From Candidatus Latescibacterota bacterium (GTDB lineage Bacteria > Latescibacterota > UBA2968 > UBA8231): 64,000 bases of DNA. The translations under genes were made by a program, and so were the position numbers. The stretch lies in assembly GCA_965208105.1 (NCBI GenBank), contig OZ242318.1:3648001-3712000 (forward strand), given 5' to 3'. Shown piece after piece: positions 46,511 to 56,030 of this stretch. Under the pieces are notes generated by a model. It did no database searches, was not told the origin of the DNA, and saw only the letters and a list, made by a program, of their open reading frames with translations. The stretch's first letter is position 1. The number at the start of each line of letters is the position of its first letter.

Positions 46511-46607
46511 CTCTTGCTTGGCCTGGCCGCGCGGGAGCCGGTTTCCTGGGCTTGAGGGGTTGCTGCAAGGTGGTGTTTAAACAGGGGTTGGGCCGTCTGG
46601 TCCGGTC

Positions 46608-46636
46608 TTGCGCGGATGGTGCGTTTCGATTATATT
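46608..46636 (+). promoter_or_regulatory. Sigma70-like promoter for the moaD operon
   Basis: TTGCGC-17 nt-TATATT, 13 nt before ATG 46650. Confidence 0.5.
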
Positions 46637-46649
46637 GGACTAGAAGCCC

Positions 46650-46895
46650 ATGATAGTCAAGGTGCTGTTCTTCGCTTCCTGCCGCGATATTGCCGGGTGC
46701 AGGGAGAAGGAATGGGAGATTCTCGATGGGGCGACGGTGGGTGACCTCAAGGGCAGGCTGGTTGCCGTCTTCGGCGGGCTTGCGCGGTTGCGCGACAGCC
46801 TTGCGGTTGCGGTCAATACCGAGTATGCGGATGACTCGACGGTTCTCTCCGATGGCGACGAGGTGGCGCTCATTCCCCCGGTGAGCGGAGGGTGA
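46650..46895 (+). CDS. moaD: Molybdopterin synthase sulfur carrier subunit (ubiquitin-like)
   Basis: VKVLFFA, AVAVNTEY, LSDGDEVALIPPVSGG C-terminus. Confidence 0.92.
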   Translation: MIVKVLFFASCRDIAGCREKEWEILDGATVGDLKGRLVAVFGGLARLRDSLAVAVNTEYADDSTVLSDGDEVALIPPVSGG

Positions 46896-47324
46896 ATGTT
46901 CAGAATCAGCAAAGACCCCATTCAACCGGACGACCTGTACAGGGACGTGCTCCGAGACTGCAACGGGGCCGTGGTCACCTTCTGCGGAGTGGTGCGCGAC
47001 AACTCCGGAGGACGACGGACCGAGTACCTGGTCTACGATGCCTACGAGGAGATGGCCGAGCGCAAGATGGCCGAGATCGGCTCCGAGGTGGAGCGACGCT
47101 GGAATATCCGGCACATCGCCATGGTGCACCGGGTGGGGCGCCTCGAGATCGGTGAGATCAGCGTGCTCATCGCCGTCGCCAGTCCCCACCGGCCGCAGGC
47201 CTTCGAGGCCTGCCACTATGCCATAGACCGGCTCAAGGAGGTGGTGCCCATCTGGAAGAAGGAGGTGGGCGAGGACGGAACCGCATGGGTGGAAGGGCCG
47301 CAGCCCGTAGCCGAGGGAGCCTGA
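46896..47324 (+). CDS. moaE: Molybdopterin synthase catalytic subunit
   Basis: GAVVTFCGVVR, YDAYEEMA, HRVGRLEIGE, SPHRPQAF, IDRLKEVVPIWKKE. Confidence 0.95.
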   Translation: MFRISKDPIQPDDLYRDVLRDCNGAVVTFCGVVRDNSGGRRTEYLVYDAYEEMAERKMAEIGSEVERRWNIRHIAMVHRVGRLEIGEISVLIAVASPHRPQAFEACHYAIDRLKEVVPIWKKEVGEDGTAWVEGPQPVAEGA

Positions 47325-47327
47325 GGT

Positions 47328-47828
47328 TTGCTGATCAATTTCACATGGCTCGTTTCCGGGAAGATCGCCGGGATGGGACAGCCCGGGGGCTACGGATATC
47401 ATTCAGGGGATGGCTGGGAGCGGCTTGCCCTGGACTTGGACGAGTTGCGGTGGGAGGGCATCCGTGCCGTGGTGTCTCTGACCGAGCAGGGTCTGGACCG
47501 TGGAATGCTGAAGGCCAGGGACATGAGCTATCTGCATCTTCCCGTGGGGGATATGCAGCCTCCCACCCTGGAAGAGGCGCTCAGGTTCATGGAGTTCGTC
47601 CGCGAGGCCGAGCGCGCGGGCCGTCCCGTGGTGGTTCACTGCGGCGCCGGACAGGGCCGCACCGGGACCATGCTTGCTTGCTATCTGGTGGGGCAGGGGA
47701 TGGAGGCAGGTCAGGCCCTGGCGCGGGTCCGGCGGGACCGGCCCGGCTCGGTGGAGACGGCGGGGCAGGAAGAGACCGTCCGCGAGTACGCCGCTCACTG
47801 GAGACGCCCCGCCGGGCAGTCGGCCTGA
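47328..47828 (+). CDS. Dual-specificity protein phosphatase (DUSP23/Cdc14-like)
   Basis: NFTWL, GIRAVVSLTE, HLPVGDMQPP, P-loop VHCGAGQGRTG, RPGSVETAGQ; TTG start with GAGGGAG SD. Confidence 0.9.
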   Translation: MLINFTWLVSGKIAGMGQPGGYGYHSGDGWERLALDLDELRWEGIRAVVSLTEQGLDRGMLKARDMSYLHLPVGDMQPPTLEEALRFMEFVREAERAGRPVVVHCGAGQGRTGTMLACYLVGQGMEAGQALARVRRDRPGSVETAGQEETVREYAAHWRRPAGQSA

Positions 47829-47882
47829 GGCCGGGCTGGATCGAGACGGTATTCACAAACTAGCAGGGAAGAGAGGGCAAGA

Positions 47883-48077
47883 ATGGAAATCGGCAGCTTA
47901 CCACAGTGCTTATCCTGTTCCGAGGGCGTGCTGATTCCCCTTTCCGATTACGGCAGGGAAGGCGCGACCATACATTTCAAGGCCTGGGCCTGCACCAACC
48001 CGAAATGCGGGTTCCACATACGGATCGACAACGGGGAGTTGAGTATGGGAAAGGATATCAAGGAGTCCTACAAATAA
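47883..48077 (+). CDS. Small Cys-rich zinc-ribbon-like protein (64 aa)
   Basis: CLSC...LIPLSDYG...KAWACTNPKCGF; purine-rich SD region. Confidence 0.75.
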   Translation: MEIGSLPQCLSCSEGVLIPLSDYGREGATIHFKAWACTNPKCGFHIRIDNGELSMGKDIKESYK

Positions 48078-48163
48078 AGGGCCGGGCTGTCCGGGTCATG
48101 GCCGGTGGCAGGTGCGCCCGATGCGGCCGCGGCCGGCCCCGCTGGATCACGGCTTTTTGAATC

Positions 48164-48194
48164 AGGGGGCTCCCCTGCGGTCGGGAGCCCTTTC
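48164..48194 (+). terminator. Possible terminator hairpin
   Basis: AGGGGGCTCCC-8 nt-GGGAGCCCTTT with a short pyrimidine tail. Confidence 0.4.
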
Positions 48195-48212
48195 CTCTCC
48201 AGAATCGAACCA

Positions 48213-49148
48213 ATGAAAAATCGAACCTACGGTGGCTGGGTGATCAAGATAGGGGCCTTCGCTCTCGCCGCGATCCTCTGGTTCCACGCCGTCACCGAGA
48301 ACTCCTACAAGAAGGAAATCGACGTCCGCCTGGAGGTCGAGGATCCCCTCACAGATGCCCCCGAGGACGAGATCATCGTGGCAAACCTACTCCCCTCCCA
48401 CGTGCGCGTGCTCGTTTCCGGGAGTGGCAAGGACCTTTTGCAGTTGAACCAGGATGGGCTCATGCTGCGGGTGGAAACCCAGGAGGGCAGCGCCGGAAGC
48501 CGGCATCATTACAGGCTGACCCCGGGGCTCATCGAGAGCAGGATCGGGGACTTGGCCGTGAAGGTCGAGGAAATCCTGGAACCCACCGAGATCGAGGTCG
48601 CCCTGGATCGGAGCATGGAGCGCGAGGTGGAGGTGCGGCCTGTGGTCGAGCTCAACGCCGCCGAATCCTATACCCTGGTCGGAGGGTTTCAGCTCGACCC
48701 GCAGAAGGTGAGGATTACCGGACCGGCGCGGGAGATACGCAAGATCCGCTACGTCGAAACCGATTCGCTGGTGGTGGGAGGGCTCCAGGAGGACGTGGAA
48801 TATCGCCTGTCCCTGAGCAAACCCGCCGGTCTCCCGGTCGAGCTGGAACCCGATCACATCACTCTGAAGGCCGACATTCAGATTCTGGCCGAGGACGACA
48901 TCGCAGGGGTGCCGGTGGAAGTGCGTTACGCGAGGGGCTCCGGGGTGGCCTGCGTGCCGCCCATGGTCAGGGTGAAGGTGCGGGGGGCGGTACAGGTACT
49001 GGCCGATCTCGACCCCGAACGGGATCTGGAGCTCTTCGTGGACTACAGGGACTACTCCGGGGAAAGTGTTCCCGTGAGGGCTGCGCCCAAAGGCCTGTTC
49101 GAGGTCAGGGAGATCATTCCCGCCGAGGTCAGCTTGATCGTTCCATAG
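48213..49148 (+). CDS. YbbR/CdaR-like membrane-anchored protein
   Basis: KIGAFALAAILWFH anchor; repeated P..V.V.G beta domains (PSHVRVLVSG, PQKVRITGP, PPMVRVKVRG). Confidence 0.8.
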   Translation: MKNRTYGGWVIKIGAFALAAILWFHAVTENSYKKEIDVRLEVEDPLTDAPEDEIIVANLLPSHVRVLVSGSGKDLLQLNQDGLMLRVETQEGSAGSRHHYRLTPGLIESRIGDLAVKVEEILEPTEIEVALDRSMEREVEVRPVVELNAAESYTLVGGFQLDPQKVRITGPAREIRKIRYVETDSLVVGGLQEDVEYRLSLSKPAGLPVELEPDHITLKADIQILAEDDIAGVPVEVRYARGSGVACVPPMVRVKVRGAVQVLADLDPERDLELFVDYRDYSGESVPVRAAPKGLFEVREIIPAEVSLIVP

Positions 49149-49204
49149 GGCGGCCTTTCCTCGTCCTTCCCATTGTTGATCCGTTTCCCATTCGGGTGCG
49201 TTGA

Positions 49205-50230
49205 ATGCTGGTGCTGGGCATAGAGACCTCCTGTGACGAGACCTCCGCCGCGGTGGTGGACGACGGCTACGCCGTCCATTCCAACATCGTGTATTCGCAG
49301 CAGGACCACGCCAGCTTCGGGGGGGTGGTCCCCGAGCTGGCCTCGCGCGCCCATCTGCGCGCCATCGTTCCTACCGTGCGCGAGGCCGTGGCCGCCGCGG
49401 GAGTCGAGCTGGGCGGTCTGGACGGCATTGCGGTGACCCGCGGACCGGGCCTGGTGGGGTCGTTGATCGTCGGTCTCTCCCTGGCCAAGGCCCTGGCCCT
49501 GGCGCTGAAGATCAGTTGGGTGGGGGTGCACCACCTCGAAGGGCACATCTTCTCCAACCTCATCGAGCACCCGCTGCAGCCCCCCTTCCTCACCCTGCTC
49601 GTTTCGGGGGGCCACACCGAGCTGGTGCTGGTGCCCGAGTTGGGGCGCTACGTGATCCTGGGACGCACCAGGGACGACGCGGCCGGCGAGGCCTTCGACA
49701 AGGTGGCCAAGCTGCTGGACCTGCTTCCCTCCTCCGGCTCCATCATGGGAGGAAAGCTGGTCTCGGAAGCGGCCTCGAGCGGCGACTCGGGGGCCATCCC
49801 CTTTCCCCGCGGCCTGGGAGGGGAGGACACCTTTGATTTCAGCTTCAGCGGGGTGAAGACCGCGGTGCTCAACCACGTCCGCCGCCTGGGGCCGGGTGAG
49901 CTCCGGGCGCAGTTGGCGGACATAGCCGCCAGCTTCCAGGCCGCGGTGGTGGACGTCCTGGTGGACAAGACGGTCAGGGCGATGGAGCGGACCGGGGTGG
50001 AAAGGGTGGCCCTGGCCGGCGGCGTGGCCGCCAACGGCAGCCTGCGCCGGCATTTGCAGGAGGAGGTTGCCAGCCGCGGCGGATCCCTGTGCGTTCCTTC
50101 GCCGCTTTTGTGCACCGACAACGCGGCGATGATCGCGGCCGCCGGTGCCTTCTACCTGGGGCGCGGGGTCAGCTCCGGCTACGACCTGGACGCGATCCCT
50201 CGCCTGAGCCTGGGAGAGAACGGCTCCTGA
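49205..50230 (+). CDS. tsaD: tRNA N6-adenosine threonylcarbamoyltransferase
   Basis: LGIETSCDETS, GGVVPELASRAH, GPGL, HHLEGH, SGGHT, DDAAGEAFDK, FSFSG, GGVAAN, TDNAAMIA. Confidence 0.97.
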   Translation: MLVLGIETSCDETSAAVVDDGYAVHSNIVYSQQDHASFGGVVPELASRAHLRAIVPTVREAVAAAGVELGGLDGIAVTRGPGLVGSLIVGLSLAKALALALKISWVGVHHLEGHIFSNLIEHPLQPPFLTLLVSGGHTELVLVPELGRYVILGRTRDDAAGEAFDKVAKLLDLLPSSGSIMGGKLVSEAASSGDSGAIPFPRGLGGEDTFDFSFSGVKTAVLNHVRRLGPGELRAQLADIAASFQAAVVDVLVDKTVRAMERTGVERVALAGGVAANGSLRRHLQEEVASRGGSLCVPSPLLCTDNAAMIAAAGAFYLGRGVSSGYDLDAIPRLSLGENGS

Positions 50231-50297
50231 GGCGTGGCGGAGGCGGGCGGCGGAAGCGCGTCCCGCAAACCCATAACCAGAAGATTATTCTCCTTCC

Positions 50298-52445
50298 ATG
50301 TCCCAGTGGCTGGACCTGAGCCTGAGCCTGGAGGGCCACCGCTTCGTTCTGGTGCTCCTGCCCGTGGTGCTCGGACTTGTCTACCTCGTCTACCGCCGCA
50401 CATATCCATTTGCCGGTCCCCTCCTGCGCGCCGCCTTTGTGGCCCTGCGGAGTCTGGCCCTCTGTTTGCTGCTTTTGCTGCTGGTCGAGCCCGTCCTCGG
50501 AATGTGGAGCAAGGAGGTGGTGCGGCCCCGCCTGCTGGTCCTGCTGGACACCAGCGCCAGCATGGCCGCTGCCGAAGGCGGCGGCCGGCGCCTGGAACGG
50601 GCCGCCGCCGTCCTCGACCACGAGGATTTCCGCGCCACCCTGGCCCCTGCCGTGGTCAGCGCCCGGGGCTTCGCGGAGGGCCCCTACGCCCTCGACCTGG
50701 ACACCCTGGCCTCCTTGCGGCCGGGAGGGTCGGCCACCGACCTTGCCGGTGCGCTGGACAGGAGCCTGGAGTCCGACCCCGGGGCCTTCCAGGGTATTCT
50801 CCTGGTTTCGGACGGAGCGCACAACCTCGGAGAGGACCCCCTGCGCTGGGCCGAGGAGGCGGAGACTCCGGTCTATGCGCTCGGAGTGGGCAGCGCAGAG
50901 AACCCGTCGGATATCCAGATCGCCGGGGCGCGGGCGCCGGAGAGCAGCTACGTGGGCAGGAGTTTCGAGATCGAGGCGGAGATCCGCAACTGGGGGTTCG
51001 GCGGCAGGGAGGTGCAGGTCCTGCTCTACGAGGGCGAACGGGAGATCGCTCGCCGCCGCCTCATCCTGCGGCAGGGGGATCTGGTGCAGAGAGTGTCCTT
51101 CGAGGTCGGGTCGGCCACCCCCGGCCCCCATGTCTACCGGCTCGAGATCCCCCCTCTGGAAGGTGAGCTCTCGCGCGACAACAACGAGGCCCTCCTTTTC
51201 ACCCGGATCCTGGGGGAGCGCACCCGGGTCGCCCTCCTCGCCGGCGCCCCCAGCGCCGATTTGGCCTTCCTGCAGCGCAGTCTGAAGGCGGACTCCAGCA
51301 TAGCGGTGGAGGCACTGGTAGAGCGCCAGCCGGGGGTTTTCTACCAGCGGGAACCTGCGCCGCAGGACGGGTTGGAGGCTGCCGACGTGGTGATCCTGCT
51401 CGATCCAGGGAGGGACCTGCTGCGGCAGGCCGAGGACTGGGGCCTGGCGGGCCGGGTCCGCGATGGGGCCGGGCTGCTCTTCGTGGGCGGTCCCCGCACC
51501 TCCGCCGGCTGGGACCCGGGAACCGCGGTGGCGGCGCTGCTGCCGGTGTCCCTGCCCCCGGGCGGTGGCCTCTTCGCCAGCGGCCCGGTTTCCCTGCAGA
51601 TCAGCTCCGAGGGCCGCCACCACCCGGTGGTCCGGCTAGGGCAGGATGCGGAGCAGGACCCCTGGAGGTCCCTGCCGCCCCTGCAGGGATATTTTTCCGT
51701 CGATGGCAGGCGCCGGGGAGCCATGGTCCTGCTGGAAGCGGCCGACGGGGAAGGCCCGCCCCTGGTGGTGGTGGGACCCCACGGCCGCGGCAAGGTCATG
51801 GCCGCCCTGTCGGCTTCCTGGTGGCGGCTTGACCTGCTCAGCAGCGGGGTTGGAGGGAGGCCGCAGACCATCCGCCGGTTCTGGCAGGATGCGGTCAAGT
51901 GGCTTGCCCTGGAGGCCCCCGCGGGGCGGCTGCGGGCGTCCACCGAGCGCCATGTCCACCGGGCCGGAGAGAGGGTCTTCTTCGCCGCCCAGGCCTTCGA
52001 CGAGCTGCTGCGGCCCCAGCGCCAGGCGCAGGTGCGGGTGCTGCTGGGCCAGCGGGAGCTCCCGCTGCGGGAGGAGGGTGGCGGACGCTACCGCGGCTCA
52101 TTGGGCGGTCTGGAGCCGGGTGACTACAGCTACAGGGCCGAGGCCCGGGTGGGAGAGGTGCTCATAGGCGCCGACGAGGGCAGCTTTCTGGTGGAGCGGC
52201 ACAGCATCGAGTCGGTGGACCTGAGGGCCGACAAGGCCCTGCTGTACGAGATCGCCCGCCGCAGCGGGGGAGAGTACCGCTCCCTCGGCCAGTGGCGCGA
52301 TCTGCTGGCCCTGCTGCCGCTGCAGAAGCGCCTGGTGAAGGAGGAAGAATCCCTGCCACTGTGGGGTCCCACCTGGCCCCTGGTGCTGGTGCTGGCGCTG
52401 TTGGGGATCGAATGGGGGCTGCGCAAGAGGCACGGGATGTTGTAG
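50298..52445 (+). CDS. Membrane protein with vWA (MIDAS), Ig-like and glutamine-amidotransferase-like domains
   Basis: N-terminal TMs, LLDTSASM (DxSxS), LVSDG, GELSRDNN, GAGLLFVGGP, GRGKV, C-terminal TM then EWGLRKRHG. Confidence 0.75.
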   Translation: MSQWLDLSLSLEGHRFVLVLLPVVLGLVYLVYRRTYPFAGPLLRAAFVALRSLALCLLLLLLVEPVLGMWSKEVVRPRLLVLLDTSASMAAAEGGGRRLERAAAVLDHEDFRATLAPAVVSARGFAEGPYALDLDTLASLRPGGSATDLAGALDRSLESDPGAFQGILLVSDGAHNLGEDPLRWAEEAETPVYALGVGSAENPSDIQIAGARAPESSYVGRSFEIEAEIRNWGFGGREVQVLLYEGEREIARRRLILRQGDLVQRVSFEVGSATPGPHVYRLEIPPLEGELSRDNNEALLFTRILGERTRVALLAGAPSADLAFLQRSLKADSSIAVEALVERQPGVFYQREPAPQDGLEAADVVILLDPGRDLLRQAEDWGLAGRVRDGAGLLFVGGPRTSAGWDPGTAVAALLPVSLPPGGGLFASGPVSLQISSEGRHHPVVRLGQDAEQDPWRSLPPLQGYFSVDGRRRGAMVLLEAADGEGPPLVVVGPHGRGKVMAALSASWWRLDLLSSGVGGRPQTIRRFWQDAVKWLALEAPAGRLRASTERHVHRAGERVFFAAQAFDELLRPQRQAQVRVLLGQRELPLREEGGGRYRGSLGGLEPGDYSYRAEARVGEVLIGADEGSFLVERHSIESVDLRADKALLYEIARRSGGEYRSLGQWRDLLALLPLQKRLVKEEESLPLWGPTWPLVLVLALLGIEWGLRKRHGML

Positions 52446-52526
52446 TGCCCTAGGCGGCCATGTGTAGTTTGGTTCCTACTCCTGTGTCTCCGGGGGGACA
52501 CAGGGAAGGTCACGGATTGGCTAGCG

Positions 52527-53399
52527 ATGAAAAACGCCCTTCTCTTCCTTTCCGCCGCCCTGGTCCCGGTGCTTTTGTGCGATCAGGCGCGGGCCCGGGT
52601 GGTGCTTAGCGAGGTGATGTACGATCCCCCCGGCGCCGATCACCACGACGAGTTCGTGGAGCTGGTCAACACCGACCCGGCGACCGGCGTCGATCTGAGC
52701 GGCTGGAGCCTGGGAGACGGCGATGAGATCGACCACCTGCTGGATGGTGGGGAGGGCAGGGTGCTGGCGCCGGGGCAGTTCGCCCTGGTCCTGGACGGCA
52801 GCTACCTAGGTGCTTCCACGGCCTATGAAAACGTGCGAACAAACGCGCTTTTGCTTACTATTGATGATGGAGCTTTTGGTCGCGGCGGCTGGTCCAACAG
52901 CGAGGAAGAGTCCGTGGTCCTCCGCAACGCCCGAGGAGATACGGTCGAGGTCTTCCGCTACCTCCCCGCGCAGCAGCCGGGCTATTCATGGGAGAAGGTC
53001 GACCCTGAGGCGGGCTCGGCCGCGGCCAACTGGGCTCTCAGCCTGATCGCAGGCGGCACCCCCGGCCGTCTCAACAGCGTTCAGGGAGCGACCCGCCCGG
53101 CTGCCCCGGGAATCGAATTCGAGGCGGAGCCCAATCCCTTCGCGCGGACCCTGGAGCTTAGCTACCGGTTGCCGGCGGCTCCAGCCCTGGTGAATCTGTG
53201 GATCTTCGACGTCGAGGGATTCCGCGTCAGGTCCTTGATGCAGGGGGCCGAGGTCGAGGGGCTGGGTGCGGTGAGGTGGGACGCTAGAGACCAAGCCGGC
53301 CGCAGAGTAGCGCCCGGCATCTACATCGCCTACCTGGAGGCGAGCGCAAATGGTGTGGTGACCTGGGCGCGGAAGGTGGTCGTGCGGCGGGCGCGGTGA
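52527..53399 (+). CDS. Secreted lamin-tail-domain protein with FlgD-like CTD
   Basis: Signal peptide; VVLSEVMYDP...DEFVELVN...DLSGWSL, GGTPGRLNS; PNPF...WDARDQAGRRVAPGIYI. Confidence 0.8.
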   Translation: MKNALLFLSAALVPVLLCDQARARVVLSEVMYDPPGADHHDEFVELVNTDPATGVDLSGWSLGDGDEIDHLLDGGEGRVLAPGQFALVLDGSYLGASTAYENVRTNALLLTIDDGAFGRGGWSNSEEESVVLRNARGDTVEVFRYLPAQQPGYSWEKVDPEAGSAAANWALSLIAGGTPGRLNSVQGATRPAAPGIEFEAEPNPFARTLELSYRLPAAPALVNLWIFDVEGFRVRSLMQGAEVEGLGAVRWDARDQAGRRVAPGIYIAYLEASANGVVTWARKVVVRRAR

Positions 53400-53502
53400 T
53401 CGCCGCCTTCGCCTGACGCCCGTGGTTCGATGTCCTTCCCCTGTTTTCCCACGTTTCTTCTTTTCTTCCCCTGGAAATTGGAAATACCGGAGCGGTAGCC
53501 AA

Positions 53503-55896
53503 ATGGCCAAGTCTGTTAACAGCTTCGTCGCGCCGAGGAAAGGCGCCCGGGCGATAGCGGTGCTGCTAGCGGCGCTGGGGATTTTTCTGGCCCTCAGCCT
53601 GATCTCCCATTCGTCGCACGATTATCCCAACTCCAGCCGGCCAGCCGCAGAGAGTCTCAACTGGGCGGGGAGTATTGGAGCCCTGGTCTCCTACGCATCC
53701 TTCGTGGCGGTGGGCTACGGGGCCTATTGCCTCCCTCTACTGGTATTGCTATGGGCCTGGAACCGCTTCATGCAGCGGCCCCTCCGGCCCATGACCTGGC
53801 GCAGCGTGGGCCTGCTGTGCATGGCCCTGATCTTCAGCATCGGCACCGGGCTTCCTCCCTACTCGTCCCACGCGGTATTCGAGCTGGGAGGGTGGCTGGG
53901 GGTCTACGCCAGCAATCTCATCCTCATTCCATACGGGGGCCGGGTGGGCTCCGCGGTGATCCTGTCGTCGCTCTTCCTGGCAGCCATGATCCTGACCGTG
54001 GACCTCGATCTGCGGTTTTTTGTGCGGGGACCCTGGAAGGTGGTCCGGCTGCTGTGGAGCGGATTCGCCTGGGTGCTGGCACTGCCGGAACGCGACCCCT
54101 ATCCGGGGAGGAGAATGACGGCGGAGAAGGAGGAGGACGAAGGGAAGGAAGGAGTGCAGGCCCGCTCCACTGCCGTTTCCGCGGATGGGGAGACAGCTCC
54201 GCTTGCCGAGGTCGTCGCCGAAGACCCGGAGGTTGCCCGGGTTGAAGGGGGGACCGGGACCCCCGAGGACGTCCACTACGTCGAGGAGATCTACATCGCC
54301 CGGGAGCTCGAGGTCCCCGCGGGGGCGGAGGCGGCCGAGAATTCCGGGGCCGTCCTGCCGAGAATCGCGCCAAAGACCCGGATAATCTCTGCCGGGGAGG
54401 GTCTGCAGAAGATGACGGGCGCCGCCGACTACCAGACCCCCGTCCCGGGCATGGTGCTGGACCAGGTCTCCGAGGTGAGGCAGGGAGGGGGCAAGGAGAA
54501 GCTGCTGCAGAATGCCCGCATCCTGGAGGAGGCCCTCAACGATTTCGACATCGCCGGCAAGGTGGTGGAGGTGAGTCCGGGACCGGTGGTCACCCGCTAC
54601 GAGGTGGAGCCGGCGGCGGGGGTCAAGGTGAACCGCATCGTCGCTCTCTCCGACGATCTGGCCCGGGTCATGCGCGCCAGGGGGATCCGCATCCAGGCGC
54701 CGGTGCCGGGCAAGTCCGTGGTGGGGGTCGAGATCGCCAACCAGGAGCGCGACACCGTCTACCTGCGCGAGATCCTCGAGTCGGGGACCTTCCAGAAAGC
54801 CGAGTCCAGGCTGACCATCGCCCTGGGCAAGACCATTGCCGGCGAACCGTTCGTCACCGATCTGGCCATGATGCCCCACCTCCTGGTGGCGGGGGCCACC
54901 GGCTCGGGGAAGAGCGTCTGCATCAATGCCCTGATCTCCAGCATCCTCTTCAAGGCCACCCCGGAGGAGGTGCGGCTGCTCATGGTCGATCCGAAGGTGG
55001 TGGAGCTGACGGTCTACAACGAGATCCCCCACCTCCTGGTTCCCGTCATCACCGAGCCCAAGAAGGCCGCCGAGGCCCTCAGGTGGGCGGTCGCCGAGAT
55101 GGAGCGCCGCTACCTCAAGCTGGCCGCCCTCGGGGTGCGCCACATAAGCGACTACAACCGCAGGCTCGAGCGGGGGGCCGGTGCGGCGCAGGAGGCAGGG
55201 GCCGAACCCGAACCCCCGATGGCCCAGATCGTCATCGTCATCGACGAGTTCGCCGACCTGATGCTCACCGCGCCGGCCGACGTGGAGACCCTGCTGATGG
55301 GACTGGCGCAGAAATCGCGGGCGGTGGGCATCCACATCATCCTCGCCACCCAGCGGCCTTCGGTGAACGTGGTCACCGGGGTGATCAAGGCCAACTTCCC
55401 CTCTCGTATCGCCTTCCAGGTGGCGTCGAAGACCGACTCCCGCACCATCCTGGACTGCAACGGAGCCGAGCGCCTGCTGGGGATGGGGGACATGCTCTTC
55501 CTTCCCGGCGGCCAGGCGGAGCCCGTCCGCATCCACGGGGCCTACGTCTCGGGAGAGGAGACCGACAGGCTGGTGGAGGCCATCAAGTCCTCAGGCTACC
55601 GGACCGAGGAAGTTGCGGTCTTTTCCGAACATGCGGATATTTATGCCGCCGCCAGCGCCCGGGACGAGCTGTTCGAAGAGGCCGTGCGCATTACGGTGGA
55701 GCACCAGCAGGCGTCCACCTCGTTTCTGCAGCGCCGCATGAAGGTGGGCTACTCGCGGGCGGCGCGGCTGATGGACGAGCTGGAGCTGGCCGGGATCGTG
55801 GGGCCGGCCGAAGGGGCGAAGCCCAGAAAGATCCTGGTCGAGGTCGATGCGGAGGGCGGGAACGGAGCCGCGGCCGGGGACGGTGAGCCGGGCTGA
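53503..55896 (+). CDS. ftsK: DNA translocase FtsK
   Basis: 4-TM N-terminus, GPVVTRYE, PHLLVAGATGSGKS, VDPK, IDEFADLM, ATQRPS, gamma domain QRRMKVGYSRAARLMDELE. Confidence 0.96.
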   Translation: MAKSVNSFVAPRKGARAIAVLLAALGIFLALSLISHSSHDYPNSSRPAAESLNWAGSIGALVSYASFVAVGYGAYCLPLLVLLWAWNRFMQRPLRPMTWRSVGLLCMALIFSIGTGLPPYSSHAVFELGGWLGVYASNLILIPYGGRVGSAVILSSLFLAAMILTVDLDLRFFVRGPWKVVRLLWSGFAWVLALPERDPYPGRRMTAEKEEDEGKEGVQARSTAVSADGETAPLAEVVAEDPEVARVEGGTGTPEDVHYVEEIYIARELEVPAGAEAAENSGAVLPRIAPKTRIISAGEGLQKMTGAADYQTPVPGMVLDQVSEVRQGGGKEKLLQNARILEEALNDFDIAGKVVEVSPGPVVTRYEVEPAAGVKVNRIVALSDDLARVMRARGIRIQAPVPGKSVVGVEIANQERDTVYLREILESGTFQKAESRLTIALGKTIAGEPFVTDLAMMPHLLVAGATGSGKSVCINALISSILFKATPEEVRLLMVDPKVVELTVYNEIPHLLVPVITEPKKAAEALRWAVAEMERRYLKLAALGVRHISDYNRRLERGAGAAQEAGAEPEPPMAQIVIVIDEFADLMLTAPADVETLLMGLAQKSRAVGIHIILATQRPSVNVVTGVIKANFPSRIAFQVASKTDSRTILDCNGAERLLGMGDMLFLPGGQAEPVRIHGAYVSGEETDRLVEAIKSSGYRTEEVAVFSEHADIYAAASARDELFEEAVRITVEHQQASTSFLQRRMKVGYSRAARLMDELELAGIVGPAEGAKPRKILVEVDAEGGNGAAAGDGEPG

Positions 55897-56030
55897 AGGA
55901 TTGAGGAAGTTCGAGGGCGGCCCCTGCTGCCTTCCCCGCCAAAGCCCATTTCTCCCTCCCACAGGCGGGTGGCGGGGGGATGAGCCTCCCCGCGTGGATC
56001 GCGGTAATTTCAAGAGACAGGCTCGATTAT

